Below, one piece after another: positions 54,835-64,000 of a stretch of DNA of 64,000 nt; the stretch's first letter is position 1; every line of letters begins with the position of its first letter. Source of the stretch: Octopus sinensis (lineage: Eukaryota); assembly GCF_006345805.1 (NCBI RefSeq), contig NC_042999.1, positions 138,260,001 to 138,324,000 of the forward strand. The letters run 5' to 3'. Under the pieces are notes generated by a model. It made no database searches. It was not told where the DNA came from and was given only the letters and a program-made list of their open reading frames with translations. A program made the translations under genes and the position numbers.

Positions 54835-55255
54835 CATTTTCGAGTGCTACTGGTAACATGTAACCCAGTACAACTTGTTACATGGTCGGGTCGTCGGCGA
54901 CTAAACCGGCAACCCCACCAAGCTTGCTTGGTGAGGAGGGTGTTTATTGGACACCCTGCGGGATGAAAACAAAACCCGTGAAAAGGAGGAGGAACTCTTA
55001 AGAGTTAACGGCCATCCAATAAATGTCTTAAGGCTGTATCGTGTGCGGGGACATAGAAATAATCGGACTGAATACCCGATCGCGCGATTAAACCATTGGG
55101 AGTGAAGGACTCCTAGCCTTTGTTAGGGCATCCTTCTAGGAGATGGTAACTCAGGTAACTGGGATAACTCCGACATAAAACCTGCGGCTCAGTGGTTACC
55201 GATGATGTTGACTTGTTCTTCTTTTCGGATTATGGCTGGTGTTGCTTAGTGAGTG
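54835..55255 (+). mobile_element. GC-richer non-coding repeat resembling an RTE-type 5'UTR
   Basis: GGGCATCCTTCTAGGAGATGGTAACTC...ATAAAACCTGCGG resembles, from memory, the GGCAACCxGTCTAGGAGAAGGAAAACTC..AAACC motif of RTE 5' regions. Bounded by (TATG)n tracts. Confidence 0.45.
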
Positions 55256-55532
55256 GGATTGTATGTGTGTGCGTATGTATGTATGTATGTATGTACGTGT
55301 GTTTATATATATGTATGTATGTATGTATGTGTATATATATAAGTAAACAACAGGTTGTGCAGTGCGCTACATAGATAAACCAAGGTTTGAACAGAAGAAT
55401 ACAAGGAGAAAAGTTAGATGAAAATACAATAAGCGGAAGAACCAACAAAGAACACAACATACGGAAAACTAGATGAAAAAATAACAAACAAACAAACATG
55501 AAACTGGACAAATATATATATATATATATATC

Positions 55533-58500
55533 AACAAAGAACAACTATATAATAGCTACCGTCCCAACCACCGCATTCATTTTTTAGACCCAATACGCAA
55601 ACACAGAGACACAAGATAGCACCAAACAAGCAGGAGGAACCAAAAGTAATAAAAATTATCAATCTAACTCACAAGGAACTAACAGCAAACCAAATAAACA
55701 TACTTTCCAAAGGACTCAAGTTTACACCCACCCCACAACACCCCAACTACAACAAAATGAAAGAAGACATCGCAGAATTCTGCAGAAAATTAAGACTTAC
55801 TGAGGAGCTATACGTTAAATACAACGAGGACGAATCGTTAGCCAGAAATAGGAGTAACTACACCCCCTCGAAAGGTAAGAACAAAACACTTGATGATTTC
55901 TGTGACCACATATCTAATTACCCATATCAACATATGCACAAACAAAAACACAAACCAAACTTCAGCAAAAAAGAATGGGCTGAGTTGAACAATTAAAACA
56001 AGATAAAACAATAACAATCAAAGAGGCCGATAAAGGGAGTGCTGTTGTCTTAATGGATACGACATTTTACATAACTTTGGTACTTTCTATGCTGGAAGAC
56101 ACAACATACTATGAAAAGGCACAAAACTACAGTCAACAAAAAATAATGAGGGAACTAAAATCCATATTAAACCCATACAAACCAGGGCTCACCGACAAAG
56201 AATATGATTATATGACCAATTTCACAAGTAAAACTAGCCAATTCTACGGTATACCTAAGATCCACAAAGTGAAAAAATAAGCAACGCATGCAAGATAGCT
56301 ACAGACAAAATAATTAAAGTCCCTAATCCTAATGACCTCAAATTGAGACCCATAATAGCAGGTCCCGCATGCGAAACCCACCGCCTCAGTAACTTTTTAG
56401 ACACCCTGTTAAAACCACTCCTCAAACATGTCAAAAGCTATATAAGGGACGACTTAGATATGCTCAATCACCTACCGAATACTATAAACAAAAACACCAT
56501 ACTGGTATCCTTCGATGTAGTCAACCTCTACTCCAATATCCCCCCACCCTAGGACTAGAGGCAATCCAATTCTGGCTAGAGAATCACACCAACGAACTAC
56601 CACACCGCATCAAAAAGAATTGTGATAGAAGGGGTTAAATTCATCCTGGAAAATAACTTCTTCGCCTTCAATGACAACTTCTACCGACAAAAATCGGGGA
56701 CTGCGATGGGTACACGAATGGCCCCCTCCTTTGCCAACCTAGTCATAGGATACCTAGAGATCAGTCTGTATCGTAAGGTTCTAGAAAGATATGGCAGCCC
56801 TTTCTCCATCTACATAGAAAACAACCGGAAGAGATATCTAGATGACTGTTTCATCATCTTTGGCATAAAAATATAGAAAAACTCATAGAATTCCAGGAAA
56901 TTTTAACGGACTGGACGTAAACATCCAATTCACGATGGAATATAGCCAGCAACAACTCCCCTTCCTCGATATCCTCATTAAGAAAGCTAATAATATAATA
57001 GAAACAGACATATAATATAAGCCTACAGACTCAAAGCAATATCTTCCATTCAATTCATGCCACCCCAGACACACCAGGATGAATATCCCCTTCAATCTAA
57101 TCTAGCAAAAGGATATGCACTATAGTCTCTAACGCAAACACCAGAGACACACACGACTACAAGAACTAAAAGATACCCTATCACCAGGAACTATCCACCT
57201 TCACTTATTGACAAGTGCATTCAACGTGCCCTTCAACTTAACATCAAGGAACTGAGACATCCCAAATCAAAGAAAAACTTACAACCAAAAGCCTTACCAT
57301 ACATCTCCACACACAACCCTCTCAATAACGAAGCCTTCGGCACCATCCTCCACAACATACCCCTCCTAAAAAAAGACCACAGAATGAACACAATCCTCCA
57401 AACACACACGATCATAAAAAGCAAAAGACAGCCTAGATCCATGAAAAGTCTCCTAAACAAGCCCGAATTCACTCTTCAACACAGAAGCCGACAGTAAAAA
57501 AATGTGGAAGACCCAATTGCGGGATATGCGACTATCTAATTGAGGGATCAGAGTTCTCCTTCAAACAGGGACAACGGTTTACAGTGAAAAGCAACTTCAC
57601 ATGTGCTTCGGAGAACCTAATATACTCACTAACCTGCTCCGGGTGTCAAGAGCAGTACATAGGCCAACAAAAAATGGTTTGCGTAACGAATGGCCCTGCA
57701 CAGATCCCAGATAAAAATTCCCCAAAACAGAAAAATAGCTTTTAGCCAACACATAGATACTTGCGCCACAAAAAAAACAACACCAAACTTCAGGATTTTC
57801 CCCTCTACCAATTAGGGACGATACAACCTCGAGACAACGAATAAGTAAAGAAATCTCTTTATTACAAAATACAAGCCACTTCTTAACGGGTCTACGACAA
57901 ACAATTAATATACCTCAACTTTAGAATAAAAGAATATATACACACACAAATATTACACTCCATAGAATCCATTACTAATCAGCCCCATCACAGCTATACT
58001 TTCACCCATTCATATTCTCCCTTCTCTGTTTTTTTTCTTCTTCTTCTTCTTCTTCTCTCTTCTTCATCATCATCATTATCATCATCATCGTCGTCATCAT
58101 CATCACCACCATCATCACCATCATCTTCTCCTTCTCCTTCTTCTTCTTCTTCTTCTTCTTCTTCTTCTTCTTCATCATCATCATCATCAACATCGTCATC
58201 TTCTTCTTCTTCTACTTCTCCACCTTCCACCCCCTTAACCTGTCACTAATGTCTTTCAGTATAACGCCTACGCAAATTCCATAAACAATTCCTGAATTGA
58301 ACTGCGACTACTGTCAGCCACTGACCATTCAAAATACGACCATCAAGGCATTCCCAGATTCCCCACCCCCTCCCCACATCAGCCTCCTTATTCTTCACCT
58401 ACCCTACCAAGAACTCACAACGACCCTGAACACAAAGTGCAAACAAGGGAGTCAGAGAAAGGCAGAATGCTACTTATATCTGAACACTATTATAGAAATA

Positions 58501-58644
58501 TTCTTTTAAAAAAATTGTCTTCTAATTTTCTAAATTTAATTATTTAATCGTTACAGTTGAAAAGGTCTCAAAATGACCGAAACCGGTACTGAAAGATTCA
58601 CTATAAAATTATCTTAGCATTTTCTATTTTTGACTTGTTTTTTC

Positions 58645-58645
<1 letters not shown>
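55533..58645 (+). mobile_element. Penelope-like retroelement, near full length, decayed (RT + GIY-YIG, CT-rich tail, hammerhead)
   Basis: Ordered motifs across frameshifts: INLTHKELT..LSKGLKFTPTP; IKEADKGSAVVLMD; FYGIPKIHK; RPIIAG; SFDVVNLYSNIP; QKSGTAMGTRMAPSFANL; RYLDDCFII; YKPTDSKQYL; CGRPNCGIC; FTCASENLIYSLTCSGCQEQYIGQ. Confidence 0.95.
58554..58591 (+). ncRNA. Minimal type I hammerhead motif, U3-A8 variant
   Basis: CAG-TTGAAAA-GGTC(TCAAAAT)GACC-GAAA-CCGG-TA-CTG. Palindromic stem III ACCGGT, GUA site after 58588. Confidence 0.75.
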
Positions 58646-58682
<37 letters not shown>

Positions 58683-58689
58683 TATGCAA

Positions 58690-58817
58690 CAGTTATTCGG
58701 TTGTAATAATAAAACTCCGAGTTTTGGATGTCGGGGCGGAAATCTGCTCCGGCGGCACTGCAGGTTTCCGCCCCGACATCCGAAACTCGAAGTCTTATTA
58801 TGGCAACCCAATAATTG
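58690..58817. mobile_element. 128-bp fold-back MITE
   Basis: ~58-bp imperfect inverted arms with core GAGTTT(T/C)GGATGTCGGGGCGGAAA and a 12-nt spacer. Ends CAGTTATT / AATAATTG. TSD unclear (AA left, TA right). Confidence 0.75.
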
Positions 58818-58920
58818 TAACATATTATATTACAGATAACTTCCTCTATTTACATAATATCGAGGTCTCTTTCATTCTTTTGTTGTCTTACCATTATTAT
58901 CATTAATATATATATATATA

Positions 58921-60820
58921 TCAACAATCAAGGAACGGCCATAATAGGCCATTCACCCACTAGAAATAACAGCCAAAGCTTCAACCGCAAATAAAATTCA
59001 ATTCCGTAAACAGGAGAAAATTTAAAAAACATTTACCCTGTAATTTCTTTACGATGCACCGTTTCATCTGCTGTTTAATGGTAACTAACCTGATTAAATT
59101 AAATCAAGCCAATCTTCCATAGGCCCTCAGATTCTTCAGTAAGAAATAGCCACAAGTCGGAACAATATTTTCACGAGGCATTTCCGACCCTGCCAAGGTA
59201 ATATCTGACCTAATTTTCAAATCATCGCACTCGCGCCAAATTTATCGGCAGCAATAAATATAAGCCGTCGATTCCATTACGGAATTAACCAGAAAATTCA
59301 TAATTAATCAATATAGGGTGGCAAAAAAAATTTTGTAGAATTTTTTTGCCACCAGCGGCCCCTAGTGGGAAAAAATTAAATAGTCATAGACCATTTTTAA
59401 GTTCAACATCAACAATCAAGGAACGGCCATAATAGGCCATTCACCCACCTAGAAATACAGCCAAAGCTTCAACCGCAAATAAAAGTCAATTCCGTAAACA
59501 GGAGAAAATTTAAAAAACATTTACCCTGTAATTTCTTATACGATGCACCGTTTCATCTGCTGTTAATGGTAAACTAACCTGATTAAATTAAATCAAGCCA
59601 ATCTTCCATAGGCCCTCAGATTCTTCAGTAAGAAATAGCCACAAGTCGGAACAGATATTTTCACGAGGCATTTCCGACCCTGCCAAGGTAATATCTGACC
59701 TAAAATTTTCAAATCATCGCACTCGCGCCAAATTTATCGGCAGCAAATAAATATAAGCCGTCGATTCCATTACGGAATTAACCAAAAAATTCATAATTAA
59801 TCAATTAAGGGTGGCAAAAAAAATTTTTAGAATTTTTTTGCCACCAGCGGCTGCCTAGTGGGAAAAAATTAAATAGTCATAGACCATTTTTAAGTTCAAC
59901 ATCAACAATCAAGGAACGGCCATAATAGGCCATTCACCCACTAGAAATAACAGCCAAAGCTTCAACCGCAAATAAAAGTCAATTCCGTAAACAGGAGAAA
60001 ATTTAAAAAACATTTACCCTGTAATTTCTTATACGATGCACCGTTTCATCTGCTGTTTAATGGTAAACTAACCTGATTAAATTAAATCAAGCCAATCTTC
60101 CATAGGCCCTCCTCAGATTCTTCTTCAGTAAGAAATAGCCACAAGTCGGAACAGATATTTTCACGAGGCATTTCCGACCCTGCCAAGGTAATATCTGACC
60201 TAAAATTTTCAAATCATCGCACTCGCGCCAAATTTATCGCAGCAAATAAATATAAGCAGTCGATTCCATTACGGAATTAACCAGAAAATTCATAATTAAT
60301 CAATATATTTTTTTGCCCCCCTATATTGATTAATTATGAATTTTCTGGTTAATTCCGTAATGGAATACGACGCTTATATTTATTTGCTGCCGATAAATTT
60401 GGTGCGAGTGCGATGATTTGAAATTTTAGGTCAGATTTACCTTGGCAGGGTCGGAAATGCCTCGTGAAAATATCTGTTCCGACTTGTGGCTATTTCTTAC
60501 TGAAGAATCTGAGGGCCTATGGAAGATTGGCTTGATTTAATTTAATCAGGTTAGTTTACCATTAAACAGCAGATGAACGGTGCATCGTATAAGAATTACA
60601 GGGTAAATGTTTTTTAAATTTTCTCCTGTTTACGGAATTGACTTTTATTTGCGGTTGAAGCTTTGGCTGTTATTTCTAGTGGGTGAATGGCCTATTATGG
60701 CCGTTCCTTGATTGTTGATGTTGAACTTAAAAATGGTCTATGACTATTTAATTTTTTCCCACTAGGCCGCTGGTGGCAAAAAAATTCTACAAATTTTTTT
60801 TGCCACCCTATATTGATTAA
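58921..60820. repeat. Tandem array of ~490-bp units with terminal inverted copy
   Basis: Direct units 58921-59408 (488 bp), 59409-59901 (493 bp), 59902-60307 (truncated), then an inverted unit at 60308-60820. (TA)n on both flanks. Confidence 0.97.
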
Positions 60821-60974
60821 TATATATATATATATATATATATTATTATATATATATATGCAATTTATATGTTTTTGTATGTGTCCACAAATGTATACTT
60901 ATATGAATAGAACAGATATATAACCTATATAACATACTTTATATAAATCCTATTCATTCTAATAAATATGTTTG

Positions 60975-61023
<49 letters not shown>

Positions 61024-62091
61024 TGTATAAGCATTCTATTTCATTCCTGTGCTTGTGTGTGGTTGTGCTGTGTGTAATATAACATGTAACTACACCATAG
61101 ATGGTAGATGTTAATTTATTACACGCATACATACACTGAAAATATGTAATATGTAATATGTAATACACATCGAATGCACAACGCCCATAAACGCACACAC
61201 ACTATATAACACACTCAACCTTGTCCCAACTAATGCCCCCAAGCATCACCCACGTTACCACAACGCTCACCACCTTTACCTCCTTTGCCACCACTATCGT
61301 CACAGCAACCCTCAGTACCATATCAAACCATCATCAGCAGTAGCAGCAGAGCGACTACCAAAACTATCATTACCGCTCTAAAACTAACTTCATTACTAGC
61401 CCACCACAACTACCCTAATACTATTAGCATCACTACTGTTCCAGCCAGCACCCCTAACATTACCTCTAACAACAGCACTGCCAACACTAGCAGAAATAAG
61501 CAGACACACATTCAAGCAGCAAAAGCAGAGTATATACCGAACCGTTTCATAAAACCGGAAACTAAGCATAATTATTGCCCTCAACGTGGACTGTTTTCCA
61601 GCTGTTGTTTTCTTTTCATTTTTTTTTTCGAAAACTCCCTTTATTTTTTTCTTCTTTGCCCCTGCATATAAAACTTCGCATCTGTCTCCCAGATTTTAGA
61701 ATTACACGACTGTCTTCCAGTTTATCCATTGCAATTCATTGTATATTCTTTCGCATCTTGAAGAAAGGTGTGGTGTGTGGGGGGGGGGGCGGTTTATAGC
61801 TAGAAGAAAGAAGTGCTAATATATCTTTATATAACTAAAAGTTTTTTGAAGTACATTAACCCTACATTGCAATAATAATAGCTTGTCTCCTTTCCCCCTT
61901 TAATATGCAAAAATGAATATGGTTGTGAGTTGGCAGAAATTCTAGACTGCAATTTTATTTACAATAAATTTACTTTCACCTTTCAGTGTTCTATTTCGAA
62001 ATTGTTTTGGATTAATTTGACCAGCTTTGTCCGTTTTCTCGCTGAAGAAACAAAATAATGCAATATAAGTTATTAATATATGGAGAAAGAT

Positions 62092-62312
62092 AAGGCGGCG
62101 AGCTGTTAGAATCGTTGGCTCGCCGGAAAAAAATACTTAGCGGCATTTGGTCCGCTTTCACGTTCTGAGTTCAAATTCCGCTGAAGTCGACTATGTCTTT
62201 CATCCTTTCGGGGTCGAAAACATAAGTATCAATTCTTCACTGGGATCGATTTAAACGACTGACCCCTTCCCACCCCAAAATTGCTGTCCTTGGGCAAAAA
62301 TTTGAAATTAAT
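62092..62312 (+). mobile_element. SINE family A1, diverged
   Basis: AAGGCGGCGAGCTGTTAGAATCG...CTGAGTTCAAATTCCGC...CATCCTTTCGGGGTCG. Confidence 0.85.
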
Positions 62313-62339
62313 ATTGTTAAGCGGAAATTTTTTATCGAG

Positions 62340-62411
62340 TCGCATCGCCAAGGTGGTAGAGTATCAGACTTTTGCAGATGCTGAACGTTGCGAATTCAAA
62401 TCCCTTTGCGA
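62340..62411 (+). pseudogene. tRNA-Lys(UUU)-derived pseudogene or SINE head
   Basis: GGTAGAGTATCAGACTTTT (62355-62373) is 18/19 identical to my recalled tRNA-Lys3 D-arm/anticodon segment. TTCAAATCCC T-loop, TCGCA/TGCGA terminal pairing. The anticodon arm is disrupted by an insertion. Confidence 0.45.
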
Positions 62412-62591
62412 ACACTTATAATGTCTGTGAGGATTCAAGAATGGTCGCACCTCTAAGAAGTACACGTGTTTCCAAAGTCGGTCCCACTGCTCGACATCTA
62501 CTATAGTCTTGAGGTAACCTTTACGGGTGAAATTTAGGAGACGGAAACTGCAGAAACACTTTGCTCACGAATATGAGAGTAGTGTGTGTGA

Positions 62592-62673
<82 letters not shown>

Positions 62674-62929
62674 AATTATCTGAGTTTATACAGTGGAGTA
62701 AATTGGTATACATATCTACGTCCATAAAAGGACGTAACTTAACTGATCTTAGCTACTAGATAAACAGAACTCGATAAAATCAGTACCAGATTAGGTATTT
62801 AGAACGATATAATGCATAAAACCTTTGAAGGATGCGTTCCCATATAATCGCAGCCCAATGAGGGGAAGTAGTAAACTTATAAAAGAATAGGAAGATCATG
62901 GGTCATTAAAGTGAGAAGTAGGGTCCTGA

Positions 62930-63410
62930 TTTTCACTTCAGAAATCCAAAGGCATTCAAGTGTTTCGAGAAGTTAAATTTGATTCTGATCTGGCATTCAA
63001 ATAAAAAGGCACGGATGACTAATAGCACTTTCCAAGAGTAGTTTATGAATAGCTTTGGTCCAGACATATTTCCACAAAACATTTTTCTTTGAAGCCAGGG
63101 CATCAAACTACTTACTGAACTTACATGAGCTTTCTGATAATGTGAGAGCAGAATATATATCACCAACAGTGCAACATTATTCCAGCCAATAGAACAAGGT
63201 GTGATAGCTAACTTCAAGGTATATTATCTGAGAACTTTCAAACAATTAATGAAAGCAATTGATAGGGAGATAACAGCACAGTTAGAGACTTCTGGGAGAA
63301 TTTCTACATAATGAAATGAATGTTGTGTACAACTGAGTTGAATCATGAGATGAACTAAAACCCTCAACTTTGAATGATACTTAAAAAATATATGGCCAGA
63401 CCGTGACTTA
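62930..63410 (+). mobile_element. pogo/Tigger DDE transposase relic
   Basis: NPKAFK..LIWHSNKKARMT...F.E*FMNSFGP and LFQPIEQGVIANFKVYY match the DDE_1 motifs W.SNKKAWMT and LQPMDQGVIANFKAYY. Stops and frameshifts present. Confidence 0.85.
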
Positions 63411-63452
63411 ACTAGTTATCCACAAGCAGAAAATCTACATCAAATTCGAAAA

Positions 63453-63623
63453 GGCGTTGGAGTGGCTGTGTCGTAAGTAGCTTGCTTACTAACCACATGG
63501 TTCCGGGTTCAGTCCCACTGCCTGGCACCTTGGTCAAGTGTCTTCTACTATAGCCTCGGGCCGATCAAAGCCTTGTGTGTGGATTTGGTAGACGGAAACT
63601 GAAAGAAGCCCGTCGTATATAGG

Positions 63624-63695
<72 letters not shown>

Positions 63696-63890
63696 TGTGT
63701 CTGTGTTTGTTCCCCAACATCGCTTGACAACCGATGCTGGTGTGTTTACATCCCCGTAACTTAGCGGTTCGGCAAAAGAGACCGAACTGGATTTATGAAG
63801 AATAAGTTCTGGGGTCGATTTGCTCGACTAAAGGCGGTGCTCCAGCATGGCCACAGTCAAATGACTGAAACAAATAAAAGCGTAAAAGAG
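63453..63890 (+). mobile_element. SINE family B, full length
   Basis: Head GGAGTGGCTGTG...GGGTTCAGTCCCACTG, internal (TA)n(TG)n, 3' half, tail CAGTCAAATGACTGAAACAAATAAAAG. Confidence 0.93.
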
Positions 63891-64000
63891 AGACATGTAA
63901 ATAATATAGGTTTTAAAGAATTTATAGAGAATGATTTGAGTGAAATTGCCAGTGTCCCATAAAGAAACTTTATCTAACGAGGAGCTGATGTTCTAAGAAC

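Noticed and set aside
59350-59370. CTCF-like motif CCACTAG..GCCGCTG in the array unit
   Set aside because: Spacing differs between copies and from the consensus, and the copies appear error-prone at this spot.
58921-60820. Array as CRISPR, rDNA or mitochondrial insertion
   Set aside because: Units are near-identical over their whole length with no repeat-spacer pattern, and I recognise no rRNA, tRNA or mitochondrial gene sequence.
61285-61671. 128-aa Thr/Ser-rich ORF
   Set aside because: Decayed ACC/AGC/ACT low-complexity sequence with no domain or splice context.

Overview
Eukaryotic, AT-rich, microsatellite-dense genomic DNA. It is most likely an octopod cephalopod, inferred from recalled tRNA-derived SINE families and the extreme simple-repeat load, not from a search. 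The only host gene I can support is the first coding exon of a DUSP6/7 (MKP3-type) MAP kinase phosphatase on the minus strand (11229-11610), with a putative promoter near 12.6 kb. The rest of that gene lies left of the window. The ~52 kb upstream is a transposon landscape: a decayed Penelope-like element (RT + GIY-YIG), RTE, CR1 and R4/Dong LINE fragments, several SINE families, mariner and hAT MITEs, a pogo relic and a probable non-autonomous Helitron. Most notable by eye: (1) a set of type I hammerhead ribozyme motifs with palindromic stem III, including a U3-A8 compensatory variant, an A6U family and a 563-bp partial-tandem retrozyme-like element; (2) a ~1.9 kb array of ~490-bp units ending in a ~1 kb palindrome; (3) LINE and SINE 3' tails sharing a covarying hairpin; (4) a SINE that inserts into the head of a sister SINE; (5) a three-part Dong/unknown-element chimera. 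Most ORFs in the supplied track are microsatellite translations. No CRISPR, rRNA or intact tRNA gene was seen.
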